A DNA stretch of 64,000 nt from Minisyncoccota bacterium (GCA_041651055.1 JBAZJW010000002.1:26980-90979); one strand, 5' to 3'. Positions 28,196 through 38,751 are shown, numbered from the stretch's first letter. Notes: generated by a model from the letters alone, not told the origin. A program made the numbers and translations.

Positions 28196-28475
28196 CATTG
28201 AAGAAATGGACAAATATGCTGATTTGTTTGTGGTGTCATACGTTGTTAGAGATCCTGAGCGCGGAAATAGAAACAGTGGTGCTTACTTAGTGCGTGCCAA
28301 GTCTAAGCTGGACGCAATTCAAGTAGTAAAAAACATAGCAGAGGATTATTTTAGGGTTTCTGCCACACCGGCTGATAAATACTACCGAGATGATTATGAT
28401 AGCGTAGAAGAGGCTCTAGAGGGCAAGAAATTACCTGCAATGAATAAATACCTTCTCCTGTACAGTGGTACATAA
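28176..28475 (+). CDS. Leader-family protein (MNWLKKAIEEM), an alternative cassette
   Basis: Same first 7 codons as the 27501 gene, unrelated body. Confidence 0.5.
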   Translation: MNWLKKAIEEMDKYADLFVVSYVVRDPERGNRNSGAYLVRAKSKLDAIQVVKNIAEDYFRVSATPADKYYRDDYDSVEEALEGKKLPAMNKYLLLYSGT

Positions 28476-29949
28476 AATGAAGATTTCAGCGCAGGAAGTC
28501 CTTCCAGTCAATGTGGCTATCACTGATGTCACTCAGTTGCAAGACGTGTTTGAGCTGTCTTTAGATGAAGCCATGAATTTAGCTATGTCCAATACCCGCA
28601 ACGGTATCTTGAATACTGCGTGGTATGAAGGCATCTTGGCCAAGTTGGGTGAAATTGAACGCGATGCATTTACGCTAGGTTTGGCTTCGGCTGGTGTACA
28701 AGTCATCAACGAAGTAGAAGAGCTGCCCATACAAGCCAACGACGTAAAAGTGCAGGTCATAGACACTTCCACCAACAAAGTGATAGAAGAAACTACTGGT
28801 GACAACCAGGAAGAGCAAAAGTTCAAGGATTTGACAAATAAGTATCCTGACAAGAATAAGAATGTGGTGCAAGTCGTAGACAATACCACCAAAAAGGTGA
28901 TGAAGTCTAACGCCAGCCTTGGGTATAATGCCCTTCAAGAAAAAATACTTATAGCTACTGACAAGCTGTCTGTGCTGAAGCGGGCTGGTAAGTCCGTGTC
29001 TTTAGAAGAAGTAGATGTCATCCTGGGCGACCTACCTGGTTGGGCCGTGGAATGTGTACGTGATAGAGTAAAAGACGTAAAAAAAGACGTGCGCAAGAAC
29101 AAGAGACAGGTCCATAAGACTGACAGAGAAGAGTCTGATTACCAGAAAGATGTGAGGAAGATCATGCAAAAGCCGAACATAAAAGACGTAAAAGGTGGCA
29201 GAGATGACGGGTTGAGCGCCGGTACCCGCAATGCCTTGATGATCATTGAGAATGATAAGAAATTTTTGGACCTGGCACTTAGTATCATTGCAGATGGTGG
29301 TTGGGAAAGTGAATTGTTCAAGGCTTTTGATGATGTGGTGGGCGGCAATTTACCAGCGTATGCGCGCAGTAGTGTGGTGGACTGGAAATTCGTAGCAGAG
29401 TATCTAAGGAAAGAATGCTCCACATCTTTGTTTGAGGAGGATGCTTGTGATGTGAAGCGCATGGAACCAGGCAGGGACGAGTGGCACCACGGCGCTCTAG
29501 ACGTAGATGCTGATCATCTTGAGCAGGAAAAGCGCGAGCTAGAAGATATAGTGATGAAGCGTCAAGATGAACTACCTAATTGGAAGAAACTGCTTGATAA
29601 AATCAAGAGAGCACTGTCTATCTCTGAGGTACGTGAAGTGTGGGACGACGTAAAAGACACGGCTACTATAGCTGAAAGTGAGGCTTGTGACATGACTGCA
29701 AAGAGAGCGCAATTGGAAGAGGATCAAGAAGACTTTGATGAGGGTGAAGACTTGAAGGAGACTGACCCAGAGACTTGGATCGCTGAGAGTTACATCAATG
29801 GCAATTTGCAAGACATCAAGCATGAGTTGAAGAGCATGCAGCCTATGGAAGCCATTTCATTGGCCATAGCTGCCTATTACTACCTGTTGGACATGGATCG
29901 CAAAGAGGCCGGTGCCTACTTGCGCTGGCTCATGAGGACAGGCGCTTGA
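28476..29949 (+). CDS. Large acidic coiled-coil protein (candidate internal virion protein)
   Basis: ORF of about 490 aa; N-terminus MKISAQEVLPVNVAITD lies in repeat B copy 2. Confidence 0.55.
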
Positions 29950-30425
29950 TAGTACGTGCTTCACAAGTCTTGGGTGCTGGCAAGAGGTTTTTGCTATATG
30001 CACATCTTACTTTGACAGGCAGAGCACCCAAAGTGTTGAAGGTACTTAGTGAAGAGCAACGTGATGGATATGTAATCAGAAAAGAGATGTGGGACACAGC
30101 CGGTCTTGTGCCAGAGCCCATGGAGATGATTACGTGTTACACACCGTCTGGTGATTGGATAGGTGAGGAAAAGACAGCCAAATTTTTGGTAGAAGAGATG
30201 GGCATAGCTCCTGAACTGTCAGACCCAGATCATTCAGTGTGCAGCACAGGATTTTGTGCCAAAGAAAATAGATGGTACGGGTGGTCACACCGCGCCATCC
30301 ACGGATTTGGTGTAGGTGATAAGTTTGAAGAGTGGTACCCAGAAGGCGGAGTTGAAGGTAAAAAGATAGAAACACTAGAAGAGGCAAGGGCTGCTGCTAA
30401 AGCCTTTGCTGAATCAGTAAGCTGA
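29946..30425 (+). CDS. Hypothetical protein
   Basis: ORF. Confidence 0.5.
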   Translation: MIVRASQVLGAGKRFLLYAHLTLTGRAPKVLKVLSEEQRDGYVIRKEMWDTAGLVPEPMEMITCYTPSGDWIGEEKTAKFLVEEMGIAPELSDPDHSVCSTGFCAKENRWYGWSHRAIHGFGVGDKFEEWYPEGGVEGKKIETLEEARAAAKAFAESVS

Positions 30426-30433
30426 GGTGTTGT

Positions 30434-30718
30434 ATGAGTTCCTTTCACATTGAAAATCTGAAAGAAGATTTGCAGTATTTTACTAGGGAGTTCAAAAAAG
30501 TGATGTCACAGGTAGATGCTGCATCGCACACCTTAGATCAAGTGATGAGCGAAGTGAATAACAGCATCGGGCATGCAAATAGATATGAGACACAAACACG
30601 TAGCATGCAAGAGTCAAGGGAGATAGCCCACTTTTCTGAGAAGTTAGAGACTTTGGCCCTGCAAATGGACCGTGTAGCTAAATTACTTGACGATGCTGTA
30701 TTATCTACGGTAAAATGA
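30434..30718 (+). CDS. Hypothetical protein
   Basis: ORF. Confidence 0.45.
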   Translation: MSSFHIENLKEDLQYFTREFKKVMSQVDAASHTLDQVMSEVNNSIGHANRYETQTRSMQESREIAHFSEKLETLALQMDRVAKLLDDAVLSTVK

Positions 30719-30722
30719 TATG

Positions 30723-31514
30723 ATGGTATTGGGCGCATACGGTGATCCTATAAATCAACAACAGTTTGTTTCTTTGTGTGAGCGTGCAGACGAGTTGCAT
30801 GCTAAGCTGGGTTACGCTTATGTCATCAAAAGAAAGACTGGGTGGTTGTCAGATTCAGCTATGTCTTATGTTGGTAAGATGGAGCAAGAATTAGATTTAA
30901 CATTAAACCAGATCTTTGACTTGGTGAAGGAATCATTAGATATGTGGGTGGATTTTCATACATTTGAAGGATCGTTAGAACACATACTGGGTGGTGTCGC
31001 GTCTGGATTAGATGCTGAATACTGGTACAATCAATTTACTGAGTGGGTGGGGTCACAACCAGCACTGGACAGACTCATTTATTCAGCCACCAAGCACACA
31101 GAATCACATGCCACGTGGGCGTATGAATCTTTTGATCATGCCTTTAATAAAGATAAAAATACATTCATCAAGATTTGGAAGCGGGTATACCCGTATTTTA
31201 TGAAAAGCTACCCAAGCCTAAACAAAGCTTTGGTCAATACACAAAACGTGTTATCAGAAATGCAGTCTCCTCCCGCAGATTTGATGGATAAGGCTGCTTT
31301 ATACCAAAAGTTTATGAATCTGGTACATTCTACTGGCCCAATGTTAGAGCACATACTTGAGGATGATAGCATGGCCAGGAAAGTGATGGATGATTTAGCA
31401 CACAATCGTTATATAAACGATACTGAGTGGAAGAAGGAAGTAGAAAATAAGTTGGGGAGTAAAGTGGCTACTAGGTATCTGGTGTTGGCAATAAACGTGT
31501 TGGGTGAAACATGA
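30723..31514 (+). CDS. Hypothetical protein, paralog of the 26505 gene
   Basis: See the 26505 entry. Confidence 0.5.
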   Translation: MVLGAYGDPINQQQFVSLCERADELHAKLGYAYVIKRKTGWLSDSAMSYVGKMEQELDLTLNQIFDLVKESLDMWVDFHTFEGSLEHILGGVASGLDAEYWYNQFTEWVGSQPALDRLIYSATKHTESHATWAYESFDHAFNKDKNTFIKIWKRVYPYFMKSYPSLNKALVNTQNVLSEMQSPPADLMDKAALYQKFMNLVHSTGPMLEHILEDDSMARKVMDDLAHNRYINDTEWKKEVENKLGSKVATRYLVLAINVLGET

Positions 31515-31996
31515 AAAAGCCGATTGAAAAGGTAGATCCTGTGGAAAAACACTTCCTCAAACAGGCCGCTAAAGCCACAAAGCTGTCCACAGTACGGGCT
31601 TGTATTGAGGTGGGTGGGTGTCAAATACAAGCCTTTGTGGCCGAGACACAGCTACAAAAACAGGCCGGTCTAAGTGTATTGGCTGCACTAGGCAACTATG
31701 AAGGTATGTACTTTCCGTTCAAGGAAAGACAGTCAGTCACTTTTCACATGGGTGGTGTGAAGTTTCCCATAGACATCATATTTTTGACCAAAGATGATGA
31801 GCACAACTATATGAAGGTGGCTAGAATTATTAGTGATGTGGAACCAGACGATAAAGAGAGCTGGACAGAAGAGGCGGATGCCGTGTTAGAGGTGGGTGGC
31901 GGTCTGTGTGCATCGCACGGTATAGGCATCGGAGATGCATGTAAGATCAAGTACTCTGTGTCCGAAACATACGCTGGTAGCGTATCAACACTGTAG
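31511..31996 (+). CDS. Hypothetical protein
   Basis: ORF. Confidence 0.5.
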   Translation: MKKPIEKVDPVEKHFLKQAAKATKLSTVRACIEVGGCQIQAFVAETQLQKQAGLSVLAALGNYEGMYFPFKERQSVTFHMGGVKFPIDIIFLTKDDEHNYMKVARIISDVEPDDKESWTEEADAVLEVGGGLCASHGIGIGDACKIKYSVSETYAGSVSTL

Positions 31997-32117
31997 TTAT
32001 ACTACACTGTGCAAGATTGTAGTATAATCATACCTATAAAACTCGTTGGTTAATAGCCTCATCCTCCAACCCAGTACAATATAAGGCGCGTATAACCTTA
32101 CCAAGAGGTAGGATTCT

Positions 32118-33389
32118 ATGAAAGTACAAGCCCAAGAAGTCATAGACCAGCCGATGTTTCCGCTCGAAGAGGAGCACCCTCTTGAAGATGTGGAGGGCGT
32201 CTCTGTTGAGCCCAACGAAATCACTGAAGACAGTGCACTGACTATAGCCAAGACTTATTGGATGATGGGCTACAACTGGTTAGAGATAGAGATGCTGCTA
32301 AAGGATCGGCACTACCCAGAGTCTATGATATCCAAGGCCGTGAAAGCTGCACAAGCGTATGCCAAAGAGATGTTGTCCAACGGACCGTTTGCTGGTGCTG
32401 TTAATGGGCAATACGTCAAACTCAAGAATGGTATGTGGGGTGTGGCTGCGCAGCTTACACCCAAACAGGCTGTGTTGACTCTTGAAGATGGCACCAAGCT
32501 AAAGACCGAGATCGAGCACATAGACGTAGAAGCTACCAAACTGTTGGCTGAATCATTCAAGTTACGTAAGCAGGCCGAACTCATCCTTAATGCCATCCCC
32601 AAAGAGTACGTGATACCGGAGATGGAGGGGCAACCTGACATGGAGGTTGACCCAGACATACAAGAGTCTTACAAAAGTCTTGTTCAAGAGCGCGCCCCCG
32701 CTGGCTGGTCTGAGATCTCGCCTGAAATCGGTGAGGCTGAACCGGTACATGCTGTGTTGCATAATGTCATCAACAACCTGGAGGGACTGCGGGCGCTGAA
32801 AGATGAATTGCAAAAGAGCATCAAGAAAGTCAAGGACGAGCAGTTGATGCCGTTGCAGGAGCAGTTCAAGGCCCTGGCGGGCGACGAACAGCAAGAGTTG
32901 AGAAACGCTTTCATGATCGTGGAGCAAATGGAAGACGGTTTGAGTGAAATAGATAAGACGATCTTTAGGGACTATGAAGGTGAGTTGGTGGGCTTCCAGA
33001 ACAAGATAGTGGAAAATCCGATGCCGCCCACCGTGGCTGATGAGTTAGATGCCCTAAAGAAAATCATTGCAGAAAATCATAAAAAGATAGCTCCTGGAAT
33101 CTTTGCAGCTTTAGAGCAATTTATGGAGGCCAACACCAAGATTGAGCGCGAACTGCAAAAGACGTTTGCTAAGTACCCGTACCGCAAGCGTCCGAAGAAG
33201 GGGCAGTTGGTGGAGAAGGTAACTGGTTGGTTCAAGGGCTTGTGGAAGTCTTTGTCAAAGACCATCACTGGTCTTTACGAGACGGTACTCCCCGAGGCAG
33301 AAGAGGCCACGGAAGCCGTGCAAGAGATGAACAGGCAGCTCGATAGCTACCTGAAGACTGCTGCTGTCAAGAAAATCGTGAAAGGGTAA
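32118..33389 (+). CDS. Hypothetical helical or coiled-coil protein
   Basis: ORF of 423 aa. Confidence 0.5.
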   Translation: MKVQAQEVIDQPMFPLEEEHPLEDVEGVSVEPNEITEDSALTIAKTYWMMGYNWLEIEMLLKDRHYPESMISKAVKAAQAYAKEMLSNGPFAGAVNGQYVKLKNGMWGVAAQLTPKQAVLTLEDGTKLKTEIEHIDVEATKLLAESFKLRKQAELILNAIPKEYVIPEMEGQPDMEVDPDIQESYKSLVQERAPAGWSEISPEIGEAEPVHAVLHNVINNLEGLRALKDELQKSIKKVKDEQLMPLQEQFKALAGDEQQELRNAFMIVEQMEDGLSEIDKTIFRDYEGELVGFQNKIVENPMPPTVADELDALKKIIAENHKKIAPGIFAALEQFMEANTKIERELQKTFAKYPYRKRPKKGQLVEKVTGWFKGLWKSLSKTITGLYETVLPEAEEATEAVQEMNRQLDSYLKTAAVKKIVKG

Positions 33390-33393
33390 AGAC

Positions 33394-33930
33394 ATGAAGT
33401 CACTAGTAAAAGCAATAAGAGTGTTATCAGGGACACAAACACTAAAACAGTGGATTGGTAATACTACTTCTGAAAAATATAGTATCCCTGCTGGTGAAGC
33501 ACCGTCTTCCGCGCCCAAAGATCCGAAAGATGCTGCATATAAATTGATGACTAAAGATGAAATTTTAAAAACATTTGATGGAGATGCACAAGGCAACCTC
33601 GATTTGAATTACGATAGGTGGATCGCTGCAGATGATTCTGCTAATGCACCCAGTGTCATATACCAAACTCAGGGCAGAGATAAAACCGGTGCTTTGAACA
33701 AGCGTGCTAGTAGAGACAGCAAAGAGTGGGAGAAGTGGGAGTTTTTGAAAGAAGTGATGGGTGTTGAAGCCCTGTTATATGAAGTGTTGATAGGTATGAG
33801 CAACAAAGAAGCTGAGGATATGATTGAGTGGATAGCTCGTATGCATGACATCCACGATCCAATACTGGGTGATGAACCAGAAGAAGATGAGGCTGAGGAA
33901 GAGGAAGACACCGAAGACGAGGAAGAGTAA
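33394..33930 (+). CDS. Leader-family protein (MKSLVKAIRVLSGT) with poly-acidic C-terminus
   Basis: ORF; junction sequence gaaagggtaaagacATGAA shared with 27486. Confidence 0.5.
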   Translation: MKSLVKAIRVLSGTQTLKQWIGNTTSEKYSIPAGEAPSSAPKDPKDAAYKLMTKDEILKTFDGDAQGNLDLNYDRWIAADDSANAPSVIYQTQGRDKTGALNKRASRDSKEWEKWEFLKEVMGVEALLYEVLIGMSNKEAEDMIEWIARMHDIHDPILGDEPEEDEAEEEEDTEDEEE

Positions 33931-33931
33931 C

Positions 33932-34123
33932 ATGGATCGTGATGCGCTAAGACAGCACATCCTCAAGCATTGGGATGACTTGCAACACGCAGAGTTGAAT
34001 CTCAATACACCTGAGATTTTAGAGTGCATATTGACTCACGGCAGTGAGACATCTTTGAATCAATTAGAGTCTGAGGTGGAGTTTGCTTTGACTGAGTACA
34101 GTGACGTGATGAACGGAGCATGA
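33932..34123 (+). CDS. Hypothetical small protein (MDRDA...)
   Basis: ORF; N-terminus similar to the next gene (MDREA). Confidence 0.4.
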   Translation: MDRDALRQHILKHWDDLQHAELNLNTPEILECILTHGSETSLNQLESEVEFALTEYSDVMNGA

Positions 34124-34124
34124 C

Positions 34125-34424
34125 ATGGATAGGGAAGCTGCTGATGTAAGAAGAAAGCTCGAAACTTTGTTTGATAATTATGCAAACAAACTGCTTGATT
34201 ATAGGGATAAGGTAGAAGGAATTGAAAATAAAATAGATAATGATGCTGAAGATTTAGACGAAAAAATACTTGAATTAGAGGCTGCAATAGATTCAGATGA
34301 TGCAGACGCAAAAATTGTAATTAAAGAACTTCGAAAATTGGTGAAATTGTTTAGTAAGATGGAAGACGGTGTGTCTAATCTTGTGGTAAAAGTAGACAAT
34401 CTGTTTAGTGAGCTGGGGTGGTAG
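34125..34424 (+). CDS. Coiled-coil small protein
   Basis: ORF. Confidence 0.45.
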   Translation: MDREAADVRRKLETLFDNYANKLLDYRDKVEGIENKIDNDAEDLDEKILELEAAIDSDDADAKIVIKELRKLVKLFSKMEDGVSNLVVKVDNLFSELGW

Positions 34425-34695
34425 ATCCTTGAGTGCTCCTATAAAATACAAGATTTATACTTTAGACGAAGACGGTAAGTTGCGCTTTAAGAAAAAGGGT
34501 AACGGCTTGTTTTATGTGCCTGAGGTGAACAAGTCAGTGGTGGACATAGGAGATCATATCACACTTGATTTAGGTGATACACAGATATTTATAGAGTTAG
34601 CATCATTCAAGGCGGTGTGCGCTGCTTTTATGAACAAGAAAGAGACGAAGAAAAACATAGTACAATTGAAAGTCGTAAATGGAGGAAAGACATGA
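34408..34695 (+). CDS. Hypothetical protein
   Basis: ORF; the start is uncertain. Confidence 0.4.
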   Translation: MSWGGRSLSAPIKYKIYTLDEDGKLRFKKKGNGLFYVPEVNKSVVDIGDHITLDLGDTQIFIELASFKAVCAAFMNKKETKKNIVQLKVVNGGKT

Positions 34696-35330
34696 ATTTT
34701 ATAGCGAAAGCTGTTGATGTATTAGCTGGTTCGAAAGAGAAGCAATTGATCAACAAAATTGTCAAGAAAATTGATGGTGAATTTGCCAGGTATCTGTGGT
34801 CTGATTTGTGGACTCACTTTGATGAGGAACAAATAGAGGAGTATGCTGACAAATTTGGCATTAAATACACTGGTAACCCCTCTGAAACTATTGATATGAT
34901 TAGTGGTAAAACTTCTGACGATGAAATAAAACAAAACCTAAAGGAACTGTTGACTAACATCTATGATTTAGATATGTTGGTGGCACTGTGGGGAGATGTG
35001 GGTGGTGATGTGGAACAGTATGAATCACAAACTGTGATAAACTTAAAAAAGGAACTGGAAGACATTGGTGTTCCTGTTAAAAATGTCTATTTAAGTGATG
35101 ATGCAAGTGCAAGGTTTTCCAATTCTTTTTACATAATAATAGATACTGTAGCTGATACAGAAACTTTATCAAAAATAAAAGATTTTGTGCGCAACTTAGA
35201 TGGAAATGCAAAATTTAAGGAAATCGTGTACAACAATAAACCTGCTAAAGAGGGTGAATATTACCGTTTAGTGTGTGATATTAATAAGAGTGCAATGAAA
35301 AAATTGAAAATGCGAGGAGGTCTTCTATGA
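34692..35330 (+). CDS. Leader-family protein (MNFIAKAVDVLAGS)
   Basis: RBS ggagga. Confidence 0.5.
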   Translation: MNFIAKAVDVLAGSKEKQLINKIVKKIDGEFARYLWSDLWTHFDEEQIEEYADKFGIKYTGNPSETIDMISGKTSDDEIKQNLKELLTNIYDLDMLVALWGDVGGDVEQYESQTVINLKKELEDIGVPVKNVYLSDDASARFSNSFYIIIDTVADTETLSKIKDFVRNLDGNAKFKEIVYNNKPAKEGEYYRLVCDINKSAMKKLKMRGGLL

Positions 35331-35590
35331 AGCTGTATTACGATGTCATCTCGAAGATGTACTCTTTGGAGACTGAGCAGGGACCTGAATTCCTGGGTCC
35401 CTTTGCTCATACCCTGCTCAAGTTGAAGCAGGCTGGTTTGACTGAAGACCAGTCACGTGAAGCCGTGCTCAAAGCCATGTTTGGCTACGGTCGAGCGATT
35501 TGCTTAGACGCTGTTATAGCTGATAATTTAGTGGGTGGGTTGAAAGCCGTACATAATCATACGTACGGAAAGGACAAGGCTGATGAATAA
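35327..35590 (+). CDS. Hypothetical protein
   Basis: ORF; the C-terminal 20 codons are repeated at 36296-36356. Confidence 0.45.
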   Translation: MKLYYDVISKMYSLETEQGPEFLGPFAHTLLKLKQAGLTEDQSREAVLKAMFGYGRAICLDAVIADNLVGGLKAVHNHTYGKDKADE

Positions 35591-36278
35591 CTATCTGTTC
35601 CGTGCAATCGCTCAGTTGAAGGAGTATGTAAGTCCAAGTGTAAAGACACAAGTACCTTTTACTATATCAGAAGAACATCCGCTACCAGTACAAGTGTTAC
35701 CTAAGGATGAAGAATGCATACTAAAATTTATAAATAAAGAAGAGTGCGAAGGTGAGTATGTTACGTCAAGAAGAGACAGCATAGGAACACTAGAATTGTT
35801 GGTTGATGGGTGGCACGTAGCACAATGGTACCGTCGTAAGATACTTACTGTACCACCAGACACCGAATTAGAGGGTTATCAAAAGAAAGTGGTGGATTTT
35901 TTGAAGGAAGTAGGGGGACTACGTGTAAAGGACTGGAGAAGCGTTAAAGAAGAAAGCCCCGGCCAGCAAATACCATATTATATGGGCATGCAGTTTGATA
36001 GATCGCTAAATAAACGCAGTGCACAGAACATAATGAACAGCATACTGCGCAATTTGCCGGATGGGTTTATGGTGTATAAGGGCAGAGTCGATTACGGACC
36101 GTGGGATGGAAAAGTATATACTTTATACGATAAGATACTTGCTTCTGTTATTGGTGTACTTGTTCGTAAAGATAGTAAGCATAAAATAAAGGAATTTATG
36201 AATGCAGTTAACTCTATGGATGGTGTAACTGAAGCATACTTACTTAGAGACATAGATCACAACATGCTTGATGTGTGA
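35583..36278 (+). CDS. Leader-variant protein (MNNYLFRAIAQLKEY)
   Basis: ATGAATAA overlap with the upstream stop. Confidence 0.5.
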   Translation: MNNYLFRAIAQLKEYVSPSVKTQVPFTISEEHPLPVQVLPKDEECILKFINKEECEGEYVTSRRDSIGTLELLVDGWHVAQWYRRKILTVPPDTELEGYQKKVVDFLKEVGGLRVKDWRSVKEESPGQQIPYYMGMQFDRSLNKRSAQNIMNSILRNLPDGFMVYKGRVDYGPWDGKVYTLYDKILASVIGVLVRKDSKHKIKEFMNAVNSMDGVTEAYLLRDIDHNMLDV

Positions 36279-36295
36279 TTTATAATATGATAGCA

Positions 36296-36366
36296 GGTAA
36301 TTTAATTGGGTGTTTCAAAGCAGTACACAATGAGACGTATGGAAAGGAGGAGAGTGATGAATGAGG
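36296..36366 (+). repeat. Copy 2 of a ~65-bp junction repeat (copy 1 at 35527-35592)
   Basis: Encodes LIGCFKAVHNETYGKEESDE versus VGGLKAVHNHTYGKDKADE; both are followed by ATGAAT. Confidence 0.7.
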
Positions 36367-36659
36367 CACTTGCACTAATAAGAAAGGTAATGTCACGTTA
36401 CAGATCTTTCTTTGCGGGTGAACCCGAAAGGGAATTGGCTGCTCAGGCAAATGATTATTTGGAAATTATACGTGCTGATTTTGAAGATATGGGTAAAGAG
36501 CAATTAATAAACAAAATCATGGAATTGTATGCTATTTATGATCCTGATTTCATTAAACAGCAAGTAAGAGAAATGATTGCTGACGTAAAGGGAGATATAA
36601 AATACGATCAATATGAGGAAAATCAACGCAAAAAGAGAGACAGATTTCTGGCACCATGA
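36357..36659 (+). CDS. Hypothetical protein
   Basis: ATG after RBS aaaggaggag. Confidence 0.45.
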   Translation: MNEALALIRKVMSRYRSFFAGEPERELAAQANDYLEIIRADFEDMGKEQLINKIMELYAIYDPDFIKQQVREMIADVKGDIKYDQYEENQRKKRDRFLAP

Positions 36660-36862
36660 TTTTTCTTTCTTCCATATTGATTTCTAAGGACAAGCGAGTC
36701 ATCTTTGATGCTCCTTGCAATATAGCTGCTGGAGTGCTGTTCAACCCTGTTTGTGAGTACTCTGGTTTGAAAGACTGTGCTGAGTGTTGTGAAAAGATGA
36801 AGAAGGATTGGTTATTGCAGACGATAGTTTGTAGTAGGAAAGAGCTGTTTTATCAAGCATAA
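36656..36862 (+). CDS. Cys-rich small protein
   Basis: ORF. Confidence 0.35.
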   Translation: MIFLSSILISKDKRVIFDAPCNIAAGVLFNPVCEYSGLKDCAECCEKMKKDWLLQTIVCSRKELFYQA

Positions 36863-36873
36863 GGATAAAATAC

Positions 36874-38751
36874 GTGGCAGACAAGGATAAGAAAAAGCCC
36901 ACCAACAGCAGCGCTATCATAGTTAAGGCCAGTGATTTTAGGGACAACCCTGACGAAGGCAAGATTGAAGGCCAAAAGGATATGGTTTATGGTCGATACC
37001 GAAGCATAGCCAGTGTCAATCGCCGTGGATCTTATACTGGCGCTCCCACTTCTACCTCGCAGCAATCCACTGCGATGGTGCCTATTTACTACGATTACCG
37101 GTTTTCTACACCAGACAAGTACTACTTTCCCAAAGACCGGTTCAATGCCAACTCTACGTGGCGTGATATCTATCGACGCGACGCCACCATCGGTATCGCC
37201 ACTGACATGTATTCGGAGTTGCCGTGGTCCGACTTTGATATAGAAGCTGTAGACGACCCTAAGATACAGCAGTGTTATGAAGATATGTTTACCGATTTGG
37301 CTTTGGCCCCACAAATGCCTTTGTTTTCAAAGGACTTTCTAATACACGGAGAGTTCGTAGGGCACTCCCTGTTCAATGAAACTAAGGGGTACTGGGACCG
37401 GATCATCTCCCACAACCCAGATTATGTGAAAGTCATGGGTGTGGGTTTAGCTTCAGCACAGCCATTATGCTGGTTGCGTCCTACTCCTGACTTTGTGCGT
37501 CTTATGAACACTCCAGATCCTCGGGTACGCAAGTACTTGAATACTATCCCTGGTGAAGTGCTGCGCTCGTTTAAGATGGGCAAGGAAGTGTACCTTGAGC
37601 CCATGAATACTACGTACATGCCTCGCAAAAACACTTCACAAGAGGTGCGCGGTATATCTGTTTATACTCGTTTGTTCCGCATTAACATGTACGAAGATTT
37701 CGTGATGAATGCTTCACTGTCCATAGCCCAACGCAATGCGGCTCCATTGCGCTTGTTCAAGATGGGTGATGTCTCCAGACCTGATGGTTGGATGCCGGGT
37801 GCAGAAGACATACAAGCATTTACCAATTTGTTGGCTACATCGGAGACAGATCCGTTTGCGGCGCTAATCACTCACCCGTACATCACCGTAGACTATGTGG
37901 GTGTAAGCGATAAAGTACTGCTGATTTCCCGAGAGTGGGAGTTTATTGAGCGTGTGAAGCTGCTAGCATTTGGTGTGTCAAAAGCATTTCTGGTCGGGGA
38001 GACATCTTTTGCATCGAGCGTAGCAGGTTTGCAGACTTTGCTTGAGCGCCTGGCTAACTTTAGGCTGATGTTTGAAGTCAATCTGATGCGTGACAAACTG
38101 GCTAAGCCAGTAGCCGAGATGAACGATTTTTATGAGCATTCCCAGGCGGAGCTGGACCATAGAGTGCGGGTCAAGAACAAAGCTGAGCGCAGGTTGGTGC
38201 TACCCACTTTCAAGTGGAAGAAAAGCCTTGAACCGACTCAAGATCAATCCTTGATGAACACTTGGCGCGACTACAAAGAGCGTGGTTTGATCTCTGATAA
38301 GACTTATTTGGCTGGTGGTGGTGTAGATATAGAGATTGAAAGACGCAATCTCATTGAAGAGATAGAGTACAAAGAGAAGATGATCGAGGAAGGCAAGATT
38401 CAGCCTCCTGGCATGGAAGGTGAAGAGGGCATGGGTGGTGGTCTTGGCGGTGAAGAGCCGGGGTTGCCTCCGCCTCCGGGCGCACACAGGATGCGTGGCG
38501 TTCATCCAAACTTTCCACGTCGATTGCCGTCTATGAGGCACTGGGCGAAAAAGTTGATGGATGACTACACCCCAGGAGATGAGTTAGATTCAAGTAGGAT
38601 GAGTGTAGACCAAGCCATGGATAGATTTAGCAAGTTGAGTCCAAGGGCTAGGAAACAGTTGCTGCACGAGATCAAAAACAAGGTGCCGTCACAAGAGCCA
38701 TACATGCTGAATGGTGCCGTGCGGACGGCAAGGAAGAAGCCACATGAATAA
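36874..38751 (+). CDS. Large virion-type protein, possibly the portal (size and position only)
   Basis: GTG start with RBS; 625 aa; Gly-rich C-terminal segment; no diagnostic motif recognised. Confidence 0.45.
   Translation: MADKDKKKPTNSSAIIVKASDFRDNPDEGKIEGQKDMVYGRYRSIASVNRRGSYTGAPTSTSQQSTAMVPIYYDYRFSTPDKYYFPKDRFNANSTWRDIYRRDATIGIATDMYSELPWSDFDIEAVDDPKIQQCYEDMFTDLALAPQMPLFSKDFLIHGEFVGHSLFNETKGYWDRIISHNPDYVKVMGVGLASAQPLCWLRPTPDFVRLMNTPDPRVRKYLNTIPGEVLRSFKMGKEVYLEPMNTTYMPRKNTSQEVRGISVYTRLFRINMYEDFVMNASLSIAQRNAAPLRLFKMGDVSRPDGWMPGAEDIQAFTNLLATSETDPFAALITHPYITVDYVGVSDKVLLISREWEFIERVKLLAFGVSKAFLVGETSFASSVAGLQTLLERLANFRLMFEVNLMRDKLAKPVAEMNDFYEHSQAELDHRVRVKNKAERRLVLPTFKWKKSLEPTQDQSLMNTWRDYKERGLISDKTYLAGGGVDIEIERRNLIEEIEYKEKMIEEGKIQPPGMEGEEGMGGGLGGEEPGLPPPPGAHRMRGVHPNFPRRLPSMRHWAKKLMDDYTPGDELDSSRMSVDQAMDRFSKLSPRARKQLLHEIKNKVPSQEPYMLNGAVRTARKKPHE

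Noticed and set aside
36874-38751. Confident portal assignment
   Set aside because: Only size and genomic position support it; no portal-specific motif was recognised, so the call is kept as a low-confidence suggestion.
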